Shown in pieces: positions 10,201-28,101 of a stretch of 63,746 bases of DNA. A program made the position numbers and the translations under genes. The notes below the pieces were generated by a model, which was not told the origin of the DNA, searched no databases, and saw only the letters and a list, made by a program, of their open reading frames with translations. Source of the DNA: Tubiluchus corallicola. Its lineage: Eukaryota; Animalia; Priapulida. The stretch is from assembly GCA_030141605.1 (NCBI GenBank), contig JAQGDQ010000042.1:310001-373746 (forward strand). The letters run 5' to 3'. Position 1 is the stretch's first letter; each line of letters begins with the position of its first letter.

Positions 10201-13200
10201 GCGTTGGCGGTTTACCCACTGAACTACTTTATGGTCTGATGAACACTACTGGCATTACTGACAATCATAGTGCCGTGCCAGCCACCTTGTGGTCAATTCT
10301 GTGAAACACGCAAGTGCAAAACACTATGGTGATAAGTAAACTTCATTATTGTGGTTTACAATGAAATTCTAGAATGTTGCCCAGCAGTTACAACTTGTCA
10401 GCGAATTCTAAATACCTAATTGTTCAATTTTTACCTTAATTCTATTTAGTATCGAATCTTTAATTGTTTGGTGATTACTCTGAAGAAGGAGTTGGGAATC
10501 ATGATGTGCTCAAAGTAGCGAATTTCTGTCGCAATTTTGTCTTCTTACATGTGTGATTGTGTGTAAAAACCTTTTTACCATTGTTCTCTTTGTAAATTAC
10601 TCTTCTGCATGAGATATTGGCTTTTGTATTTTTTCCTGTCATGCAAGTTCATACTTGGCTTTATCATTTAGCATTAACACGTAAAGTATTTTAACCTTTT
10701 CCTAATGTGAGCTCTCTTTTTCTCCTTTTTCCGTGATGTACAACTCTACCTTTGTAGTACCAGTGATAATTTCACCATCTACGCATTTGGTGACCAATGC
10801 AATAGAAGTTTTTTATTATTTGTTATTAGTAAGAGTTAACTAATCTGTGAGTTTTTTTGTATGTTCAAAATCCCATGCTAGAATTGTTTATGTTTTGGCA
10901 GAACTAATCTCGTACCAGTTACTATATAAAATCTAGTAAGAATTGTCCAGTGTTTCACTTTACTTCAAACATTAGCGTATCTTTTGCTAGAACTCCTTGT
11001 CTTGTAAGTCGTCTACAATTGACTGTAAATTAGTAGTTTCCTTTAAACGTTTTCGTGATTACAAGTCTTTCGTAATATTTGCTACTCTGTGTGTAGCATT
11101 AAATTTTTTATTTGAATCCAATATGGTCTTCTTGCTCCCAGCTTTTTAAATGGTAATAATTAGGTATTACCATTTGTGGTATTTAAAAAGCCTTTTTTCA
11201 TTCTTAGAATCCTGCAGATTTGGCCACACTCTGACAAATCATTGAACTTGTATTCGTCATTATATTTGAAAAATGGCTACCTCTAAGACAGATTCTTTAG
11301 GTGTTGTTTGATTACTTCTAGGGAAACATAACAGCTAACTAGCCTATTATGATACATTGATCAGCTTTTTGCAGTCTTGTAAGTGTATTAATTCAATAAG
11401 AATTTTGTTTAGTAACAAACATGTTTAAAATATTTCGGTGGTATAAATGCATTTGCTATAAGCTTTAACTTTTATTAAGTAAAACAGTGCTTGAATTCAT
11501 GAAATGTACAAAATTAAATTCTCTATAAAGTTTAATACATTATTAAATTGCGCAGAAAACGTTTTTGACCGTGCTGAGGTATAACTGTAAACATGTAGCT
11601 GCATGCTGCGTTGTTCATTGGATAAAATCGATTTTTCACGTTGTGGTTAACCAGTCAGTTGACCGGCCATTGGATTTAATGTAACTGCAATTAACTTTAC
11701 TAATTCTTAAGCAGATTTTGACCAAATTGATAACAGTGGATTCAGTATCTAGTGTTCTCTCCAATGGTACCAATTTTACCTGCATGTACTAAGCAGTTAA
11801 TAAGGTTTTTGCTGTTACAGAACATTGATATTGCAGTTATACCTGCCATTATGTTATAAACATGAAATGCTTTTGTAAGCAAGTATGACTTCGCCAGGTT
11901 GGTGTAGAAAATCGTGTATTATTCGTCACAAGTTTTTATGCATGAATTCTACGCTTTTGTCGACTTATAATGATTAAATTATCACTTTTTATAAATTTGC
12001 ACAGATTGAATAATGTGCTTTTTCAAATTCTTGAGCACTCTTGTTGTATTTGATAATAACTATGGACATTGTTAAACATTAGTATAACTACGAGTCACTT
12101 TTTAGCTAATCGATGCAACAATGATAGTTGAGTACAATTTTCTAAATTAATGAATTAAACCTTTTTTTCTGAATTTATTAATCACCTTGTTTGAGTAATT
12201 TGCATAATTATTTCACCATCCTGTAGTTAAAATAGTTTAGCATAAATTACTATGGTGCTGCCGAGAAGTCAATGATACCGTGTTTAAAAAGGCTTGTGTT
12301 GATGCCAAAGTAAATTTGACCACCTTATACACAGACATCTTACCACCAACAAATATGCAAATTGTCACGTTATTGTACTGCCCATTAGGAGCAATATAGA
12401 TAGTGAAGTGATTTCCCAGTTTCTGTTGTAATTATATAAGCTCAGTAGTTTACTGTGTCAGTATCAGTTTTTATGAGTAATGATGAAAACCCAGTTTGTG
12501 TTTTAATAGGGGGACTGAGGATGGTGTTACAACTTGTTTCTATTGATTCTCAATGTGTACTCTTATTGTTTATGGTTTTGAGCACTTCTGTCTTCCAATA
12601 TTGTAGGCACGCACACCCAAGATAAAATTCTTGCAGTAGAATATAAATATTCTTTTGAATGCCACATCATTTACTTAATTGTTATCTTCAGATTGTAGAA
12701 ACTGTCACAGCATTATATGCTAGCCTAGCTTGCAGAAGTCATCTCAATACTGTTTGTAAGGTGTGCCTTGTGCAAATCATCACAGCATTGTATACAAGAA
12801 CTGTGTTGTAAATAGCATCACAGCGTTGTATACAAGGCCTATCTTGTAGAAATCATCACAGGGTTGTATACAAGAACTGTATTGTAAAAAGCATCACAGC
12901 GTTGTATACAACGTTTGTCTTGTGGAAATCATCACAGTGTTGTGTACAAGGTTTGTCTTGTAGAAACCATCACAGGGTTGTATACAAGAACTGTATTGTA
13001 AAAAGCATCACAGCGTTGTATACAACGTTTGTCTTGTAGAAATCATCACAACATCGTGTACAAGGTTTGCCTTGTAGAAATCATCACAGGGTTGTGTACA
13101 ACGTTTGTCTTGGTAGAAATCATCACAACATTGTGTACAAGGTTTGTCTTGTAGAAATCATCACAGTGTTGTGTACAAGGTTTGTCTTGTAGAAATCATC

Positions 13201-14080
13201 ACAGCGTTGTGTACAAGGTTTGTCTTGTAGAAATCATCACAACATTGTGTACAAAGCCTGCTTTGTCTGTTACTCGGTTTGAAATTATGAGTTGAATAAT
13301 CCAAACTATTTGGTAGGCCGTGTAAAAAACAGTACCACGTGGAACTTTTGAAAGCAAGAAATTGTTAGTTGTTTGTAAGATAGAACTTCTAGGACAAGTG
13401 GGCAGTACCCTTTAATTGTTATAATTAGATATTAAGTTTGCTTTAGAGTTTTCGACCAAGTGCTGCATTCCTTGTTAATAAAAGATAAGCCTTAGATGAT
13501 ATTAAGGAAAATCATGGTCATAGATGCAAACAGTGGCAATAGTCAATCTCTTATGTAAAAAGTAAATCAGGTCTTACAGATTTTATGATATTTTAACAAC
13601 TGCATCAAGAACATATTTAATTCTTCCCCTAAGTTTATATAGGTAATAACAATATCAACTTGTTTTTTTTTCAGTGTTTAGCTATTGGTTAGTTCTTTTT
13701 ATTTTTTAAGTGCCTTGTTTTATATGTTTCAATGTATTTTTGGGCGTTCATTATGTGACACGGAATTTAGGTTTAGTTTTGGTGGTAGCTTGTCTGTGTG
13801 TACCGTACTCAATGACGTGTTATGATAAATACTATTATTATTATTATATTGTTGTCTTATGATGAAACAAGCATGCGTATGTATATTTTGACTTTTTTCT
13901 TGGTTTTATTGAGCTTTTTGCAAGTTTATATTTATGAATACAGTGATACTGTGTTAAGTTTTACTGTAAATAATGTAAATATATTATTATTACTACTACT
14001 ACTATTATTATTATTATTACCATTATTATTATTTCAATTTCATATCGCTGAAAATAAACATTTTTTGCTGTTTCGTTTCC
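10201..14080 (+). other. Probable long 3' UTR of the Nav gene
   Basis: T-rich and without coding signal. AATAAA at 14053-14058 is followed by a T/GT-rich tract; TGTAAATA at 12807, 13965 and 13974. The end point is inferred, and earlier AATAAA sites exist. Confidence 0.45.
12697..13262. repeat. 38-bp minisatellite, ~15 copies
   Basis: Unit AATCATCACAG(C/T/G)GTTGT(A/G)TACAAGGTTTGTCTTGTAGA; the first copies are degenerate. Confidence 0.92.
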
Positions 14081-14265
14081 TCAAAGAATTCTGGTTTTCA
14101 GTCATTTTGAATTTCAGTTTTAATTAATTATTGTGCCAGTTAGGTTTAAAGTATAACATCACTGTAACTTGAAAATTATAATATTATGTACATACAATTA
14201 TGTAATTAAAGCGATGCACTCACTGAAACTGACACTTTTAAGAAAGGCTATGCCGGACACTATAA

Positions 14266-14366
14266 AGTGGCGTTTACCTGGCATCCGGTATAACAGTATA
14301 AACCGATTTTATCTATTCCGCATTCGTATCAGGTGTACGCATTCCGGATGTCTAGTAAACGCCACT
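14266..14366. mobile_element. PIF/Harbinger (Tourist-like) MITE, 101 bp
   Basis: Terminal inverted repeats AGTGGCGTTTACCTGGCATCCGG / CCGGATGTCTAGTAAACGCCACT (20/23 match), flanked on both sides by TAA (14263-65, 14367-69). Confidence 0.75.
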
Positions 14367-15641
14367 TAAGAATTTGGACATTTGTTGCGTAGATACAGAA
14401 CTGAGACTTATTCTGTCAGGTAAGTCCCAACTAGATGCTCACTCTGCCACTATCCAGTTCCTTACGAACAGTTTAAAAGCTATTATTTTATCTTTGACGT
14501 TTACCAGTGTACTCGGTACAGTACTACTTATTAGTTGACATGACGACCATGATAACGACTCCCAATATTGCTGTGAATCACAGGTTTAAAGATTTAAATT
14601 GTTTTATTTCACATACACGGTAAAAATGAGCCCACTAATCACAACAAAATACAAAATTTGCCAAAACGTGAGGGTAACATACGACGGTTAGGTCCTTTAC
14701 TTGCCCTTATTTGATAATTATTAAATAAGCGGTAGTTGGATGAAAAATTATGTAAGAGAACTCAGTTTATACAAAATTTTAGTTTTTAGTCAAATGAAGA
14801 AAATCTGAAGAACATTACGAGAAAGGGGTTGTACATATTTATAGATTGTTAAGTTAGTTTGCGAACTTGGCACCTGTATCATCGACTATATTATACGAGA
14901 ACCAGAAACTATATGCCTGCATAGTTTTGCGATGTACTTCAACTGAGTACATCCAAGTCTTTAGTGCACTAGATGTACATAGTTCTATGGCTGTAACAAG
15001 ACATGACATGTGAACCATCGTGTTTTGCAATTAAATATAATAAACTTTAGAACATGTGTGGTTACATGATTACATCATACAATTGCAAGATTATTTTACA
15101 GATATTTCATTTTTTGTTTTTAAGTGAAATGAAATGTCAGAATCCTTAAATTTAGTAAAGAAAGTAAGTTTATTAGTTTATCACTATTTTTTATAATAGC
15201 AGAATTCTGTATAACATTCAATAATATTAAAAAGTGATTATTGATTAAAGTGGTGAAAGGGTGGCGAAAGAACTATTTATCGAGGTCAGCCACCTTCTCA
15301 GAATAGTTAGTAATTAATCCATTAATGGGTATGTATCGAGTAATTAAATAATTAGTTAAGTAATTAGTTTAGCATTTAAGAAATTAATTAACTATTGATA
15401 AAATATACAACGGTATTATTTATTTAAAAACGATGAAAATATAATAAATTTCGCAAAACAAACTGCACTAAATGCGTTTACGTCAAAAAGGTTTATTTAT
15501 ACATTTTAGTAATAAACTCGCTAATAATTATCAGACAAAATAATATAAATTATTTGACATTAAAGTTTCACCAATTGAATCTTAGCAGTTAAACAAACTA
15601 GCAAATGCTGTAGTGCACAGTAATTATCTTAATTATGTAAA

Positions 15642-17876
15642 CTATATTACATGAAAAGACATGAAAATTATATTGAAAACAATAAACACGAAAACGTGCA
15701 TTGAATTGCAGGACAGCAGTTTGCTTGCTGTGTTGCACAGGTCAGTATGACAGAAACAGTTCTCTCTGTAGCCGTTATTAACATTCACAACAGTACAGCC
15801 TTCGTCTGGCTGAGCTGCCAGACATAGCCTTTCCACCCGCCTTTGTTGATCTGTAAAAATTAATATCATAATAATTAGCACTAATGTTTCAACAAATCCA
15901 ATAAGGTCTTTGGTTCAAATTCACAATTTTTTCACATATTTTCCCCAGAAGCTATCAAGTTTGGGCCTACATAAGTTGTTAATCGTGGATCCTTTCCTTC
16001 GTAACTCCGAACAATAACAACTGAGGGCTCGCGTCGTTCCCAATAAAGTTTATTGGGTTACTCGCTTGCGAAGTAACTCTATAAAAAGGTCTTTTTCACT
16101 GTTATGTTAGTTTTGTTATCATCCTCGTTATTGTAATTCATGTAATAAGTTTTTATCAGTTTTTAATTTTATGAGGTCCCAATAGAGTTATTCTGTATCA
16201 TAAATGCTTTCAAAAGAACGGATCCAACAGTAAATAGTATTAGAATGCTTCGCTTTCTGTAATAATCCTTCTCTAGAATCTATATTTTGAAATGTTGACA
16301 TTTCAGACATAATGATAACTTTTCATTTTTCGCGTACTTGCTTACCAGGCAACAAAGTGGATCTTTTACGTTCTTATACAACATTCAACGAGCAACTGAC
16401 TACTGGGTTGAACGTTTTAAATTTGAAATATAATTTTATGTTTTAATCTATTCGTTTTTTTCATTGCCAGCACGGTATTTTAATCCTTTTCTGGATTTTT
16501 TCTGGTTACGCAGACTTTTTTAAACTTAATCGTTATATAATTTATAATTTTGACTTAGTAGCAGAAAGTACGAGTTGCACATTATACGTGAAAGCGTCAG
16601 TCTCTAAAAATCAACGCACTGTAATGTAGAGCGGATGGTTTTTATAGTCATGCCACGGTATACTTGTGAAGAAACGTTGAAAAGCAGTAGTAAACGTGAA
16701 ATTATAGAATTAAGTAACGCGCCAGATGTTTAATCCGTTGTGCTCCATGCTGGTTGTCATTACGGAACAGGTGGTGAGATGGAAAACGCACTTACCCGCC
16801 AATTGAACCGAAGAGGCCATTCCATAGCGACGGTTTTATACCTGGTATTCAACTATGCAGCGGCTTCGTATGGCCGATACCATCACAATGTAGAGGTGCG
16901 GGTCGAAAATAAAGGGCATTTCGCCCCCGTAACAATATTTATTGAGCGTAGACGATCGTTTCGACTATCAGACAATTTTTTATACTTTAAATCAAGTCAA
17001 AAAAGATATTATTAGTACATTGACGATACTAAAATACAAAGGCACAAAATGTCATTACACACCAACAGATTAAATTGTCAAAATAAACGTAGATGTAACC
17101 AAGCATACTGCTGTGGTTCTTCATTATGCAGACAGACTAGTTGATTACTATGTTATGATCTTTTCTGAATCTCGTGTATACGGTAATTTTTTTTTACATT
17201 TTTCCACAATTTCGTCTAGTCACATCGACATTTATATTGACAATTTATATTCTAATCTGTTGATTTGTAATGACATTTTGTGCCTTTGCAGTTTAGTATT
17301 GTCAACGTACTGATTATTCTTTTTTGGCTTGATTTATAGTATTGAAAATGGCTGTGATAGCCGAAACGATCGTCTACGCTCACTAAATATGTTAACATTA
17401 CACATCTTCTACATACCATCTAGTATCAGTTTGGTTTTTTGACAAGCTGCACAGCCACTTTTTTCATAACTTGTATTTTTTACGAATTCATCCTGACAAC
17501 CTTCGTCTTCCATTCCGCCCACCCACAGACATTTGTAGCATTTCACCGTGTCTCCTAAGATTTGACAGAAAAATAAAATGACGATAATAATATTGTTATT
17601 CTATAACTGTCTACTAACAGTAAAATGTCTCTTGAAAAATTAATTATCACATCAAAATGAAGGATCAACAACCATGAAAAGACTAAGCTGATTGTTTCCG
17701 TGACGTTACCGTACATAAATGCGGATGTGTCTTTAGGAGTGAGAGTCACTTTCAAGACCTCTGAAGAATAGGCCACGAGTCCTTTAAATTTATTTAAAAA
17801 AACTGTCGGTAGCACCATTTGTATAACAAACCCCTGGTTAGTAAATGGGAAGGGTCGTTCTTTAAAATCTTGTTCT

Positions 17877-17907
<31 letters not shown>

Positions 17908-18921
17908 CTCTCATACCCCTCTCTGTTTTTCTTCCCCCTTCTCTCTCATTCTCCTTCTCTTTCACTCTCTTCCCCTCTCACTCATTCTTTCTTGTATGTG
18001 GTCATACAAGAAAAAGCTTACAATATTGCTTTACAAAGTGATGCAAGATTTACTTCCGAAATTAGAGCTTGTGTGACACAAGATTTTGTATTAACTTAGC
18101 TATATGCAGCTATTGCAAATTTTGTAGCATTTGATCTCATAATTTCAGAGATTCAAGTGTATGTGCACGTGTGTGCTTAATTCATTTAATTATTTATTAT
18201 TGTCATTATTTTTTTGTATTTTGGTGTACTTGTATTTGTAATCTATGTCTGCTAGCTTGCTTTGGACGTATATTTGAAATAAAATTTTAAATAAAATCAA
18301 ATAAAATCTCTTTCTCTCTTGACTTTCCTACACTCTTTACTTTACCTTTTTGCTTTAAACCTTTAAAATTCTTCACACCTCTTTCGTTTTTTTTCGCTTT
18401 ATTATTTTACGGTGCTATATATAGATAAAACTAGCTTTAAAACCACTGAAGTATCTTTTTTACACATACAGCTAAACGATCGTATGAGTGCTTTAAAACG
18501 TAAGAGCAAGCGCTTAAATTCCAAAAAATATACAAAACTGCTTGTCTCTAGCAAAATACCGGCACATTCTGTTTCTTCTAAACATTCTTTCATTTTTTAA
18601 TTTTTACCCAGTATAACTTTCGTATAAGCGTTCAAACTTTTACAAAAATTCCAGAGTTTTTAAAAATGTAATAGTTTACGAAATTATAACTTACTACAGC
18701 GTTTTATTAGCTTAAATTTTGATTCACTGTGTAAAATTATGCGATGCTATAGACGATGTGAACGAGACCGAGGAAGAGGAGGGGGAGAAGGAGGAAAGAA
18801 GCACAACAGAAAGAGGAGAAAATGAAGGGAACAGTATAGAAAGCAAATAACGAAAAAACAACATACCATAAATCACACACGCGAAAATTAAAACTAGAAA
18901 GAATAATTTCTTGTATTGCAT
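15642..18921 (-). CDS. Ly6/uPAR three-finger protein, quiver/sleepless-like, GPI-anchor type, ~133 aa
   Basis: Exons 18921-18867, 17554-17417 and 15850-15642, all GT-AG, phase 1. MQYKKLFFLVLIFACVIYG-DTVKCYKCLWVGGMEDEGCQDEFVKNTSYEKSGCAACQKTKLILD-DQQRRVERLCLAAQPDEGCTVVNVNNGYRENCFCHTDLCN-TASKLLSCNSMHVFVFIVFNIIFMSFHVI. It has a signal peptide, a 10-Cys LU domain (CYxC...CxCxxDLCN) and a hydrophobic tail. Confidence 0.9.
17876..17990. repeat. (CT)n microsatellite and CT-rich tract
   Basis: Directly visible. Confidence 0.9.
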
Positions 18922-19697
18922 GACGTCTGATATATACTTATTTGATGTGCACCGCAACCAACTGAATTATATTTTATAATGAAACTGAAAATATGAATCA
19001 CTACACTCCTTATCGTGCAAATTTTATCTTTGTAAGAAAAATAATATTGCAAATTTGACCAATGTTCTAACCAAACACGACCAGCTTATAAATAACGGAG
19101 TGAGTAACACATGGGAGTGAAATGTGTACTCACACATTAATTAAACAAAGATACTCATTCATTTAATGAACCGATAGGAAAGAAAGCAAGCTTCGCGGCG
19201 CCACAGATCTCACAACATTAAGCAGAGATTAACTCTCACTAGCCCAAACTATTTTTTTAGTTTTAAAATAACTAATATGCAGTGAGTAGAATGACCACTT
19301 ATATAAACATGCTATAATTTGTATATTTATGCCAAAAACAAGATTGATGGGCAACAAACCCATTACTTGATCAATATAAATTTCATCGAGTTTTAAGCAC
19401 AAGAAAAGCCCTGAAAATTATCTGATCTCTGTATTCTACATTGGCAACACGGTTCATTATTCAATTAATCATTCAGTCTTTTATTCAATGTTTAGTCCAC
19501 CATTAAAATGTTGTGTGCCTTTTATTGATGTATGGAATTGTCAGGGCAGAACATAAAAATGCCACCATGATGACTGTGATCACCCCAAAATTTATTTTCA
19601 AAAGTTATTTTAGAAAGAGTGCACTTAGAAATATTAAAATTGCTATAATGAATAACAATATGTACTTTTATATGATAGTAGGCCTATAGACATTGAG

Positions 19698-19712
19698 GTT
19701 TACCACGGTAAC
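19698..19712. promoter_or_regulatory. RFX X-box-like motif in the divergent intergenic region
   Basis: GTTTACCACGGTAAC resembles GTTNCCATGGNAAC and lies ~170 bp upstream of the ATG at 19882. Confidence 0.3.
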
Positions 19713-19881
19713 ATCGTTTTTACAATTTTTAAAAGCGTTTGCGTAACCACCGTAACGCTTTTACTTGAGCATTGTACAGATCGTCACAATTTACTACGGT
19801 GTTTGTAAGCAAATTATTCGAATTCGATTATTTCAAAAAGTCAACTAGTCGTTTCGGGAGATACTGAAAAATACAAAAACG

Positions 19882-26119
<6,238 letters not shown>

Positions 26120-26485
26120 ACGGTCTTTCAGCTCAACCACTTAATACACAATTTTATAGAATAATAATAAAATGAAAATAATATACGTTGCATGTACTAC
26201 AATTATTCAAAAATGAAAGTTCAAAGTCTAGTTTACACGAATAGCACAACACAGTCAAAAGTGTGAGCAAAATTCAAAGCACATTTGCACAAGTTATGCT
26301 GTGAGACTTCATAGTAAGAAAAGCTGCTCATAGTTGGCGCTATTATACTATTCGCTATGTAAAATTAAAATAGAAATCGGACTGAATTCTGATTTTTGAG
26401 CAAAGTTTCTTTAGATGCTTTCTTTGTGTACTAACGTTGACGCAGAAATGTTCCATAAAGTAACTTTAAATCCAAATTTACTTTC

Positions 26486-26831
26486 TCACTCTTATGTGTC
26501 TGCTCGGTCCAGTCTCACTCTCATGAGCGTGCTCGGTCCAGTCTCACTCTCATGAGCGTGCTCGGTGATGTTTTACTCTCACGAGCGTGCTCGGTGATGT
26601 TTTACTCTCATGTGTGTGCTCGACCCTGTCTCACTCTCATGTGTGTGCTCGACCCTGTCTCACTCTCAGGTGTGTGCTCGACCCTGTCTCACTCTCAGGT
26701 GTGTGCTCGACCCTGTCTCACTCTCATGTGTGTGCTCGGTCCTGTCTTACACTCACGTGTGTTCCACTCTCATGTGCGTGCTCGGTCCCGTCTCACTCTC
26801 ATGTGTGTGCTCGGTCCTGTCTGACTCTCAA
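26486..26831. repeat. 29-bp minisatellite, ~12 copies
   Basis: Unit CTCTCATGTGTGTGCTCG(GT/AC)CCTGTCTCA with variant and shortened units. Confidence 0.92.
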
Positions 26832-27879
26832 ATTGAGCTATCTCATTATTCTTCTCTTATAACAAATCTAAATAGTGTCTTATTATCTTTTTAGTTAATA
26901 TGTGATTTGGTTACTGATGTGTGAGGAAAGAATAATCATAAATGTTTTTTGCAGACTAAACACAAACAACGAAATCGCGAAAACTGTTGTGTCTTTTAAC
27001 TCTTTTTTACTTCTCGAGTCGCCAGAGAGCTTCAAATGATTTCGTCGCTGTCTTGGATTTAAAAATGGAACTAGAATGCATGAAAAAATTGAAAAAGCTA
27101 TCTCGTATAGCGAGCTATTTTCGGTGCAGTGAAGTTCTAACAATCTATGCTTGTTTAGTGTTAAAATATGCGGTCAATTTATTCTGCGACTGCGAAGTAA
27201 GTATCAGCAACGCCGAGAAGCTCTAGAGTTTATACGCATGCGCTTATTTCATCACTTAGGTGAACCTACAGTGTACGTCAGTGTGCAGCCGTATCGGTTT
27301 GGGGTCCAAACGACGTCTATTGTAGCCCAGAAAAAAGAGAGTATTATTTTTCATTTTTCATTTTTATTTCTTGGGCCTCAATGTGTGCACGTATGCGTGC
27401 TATACTAATGCTGCATTAACTTTTTTTGCATTATGAGTTATTAACATTTAGCAGTTTTTAATATTTTTATCCGCGAGCATCCCAGATTCTAAAAAAACAT
27501 TATGTCAATCAACGAGTTTTAGGCATCGAGTCCTCAACTGCTTAATTGTACTTAAAATGTCTAAGGCCCGAGATAAGACTAAACTGTAAAAATTAGGAAT
27601 AATTGCTCTACTTGCCCCGCATTACTGAACCGCACGAATAAATGTTACCAAGTAGTAATCCATAGGCTTTGATTAAGTCGCACTCGCACTGGACTAGGCA
27701 TGTTCAAGTTATAAACATGGTAATGCACGCAGACTTGTTCATTATTTATGTTAGGCCTCGAGTTTTAGACACCCAATACAGTCATGCTCGCGAATTTGGA
27801 TCTGAATTTGTTCAGTCTTGTTTCGTTACAGTTATGTCAGGAAACTACCACATAGGTATAACTAACAGTAAACAGGCTG

Positions 27880-28056
27880 TAACTATTATTTTTATTGTTA
27901 TTGCTGTCGTCGTCGTCGTTGTTGTTGTTACTGTTGTTGGTGGTGGTGGTGGTGGTGGTGGTGGTGCTGTTTTTGTTGTTGTTGTTGTTGTTACTATAAA
28001 AATAATAATAATTATTATTGTTGTTGTTGTTTTTTGTTGTTGTTATTATTATTATC

Positions 28057-28090
<34 letters not shown>

Positions 28091-28101
28091 TATTATTATT
28101 T
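27880..28101. repeat. Mosaic trinucleotide microsatellite (GTT/GGT/ATT/CAT)
   Basis: Directly visible. Confidence 0.93.

Noticed and set aside
12697-13262. CRISPR-like array (also considered for the 29-bp and 60-bp arrays)
   Set aside because: Head-to-tail repeats without unique spacers, no cas genes, eukaryotic context.
26552-26894. Cys/His-rich ORFs resembling zinc fingers
   Set aside because: Products of the 29-bp minisatellite; the period is not a multiple of 3.
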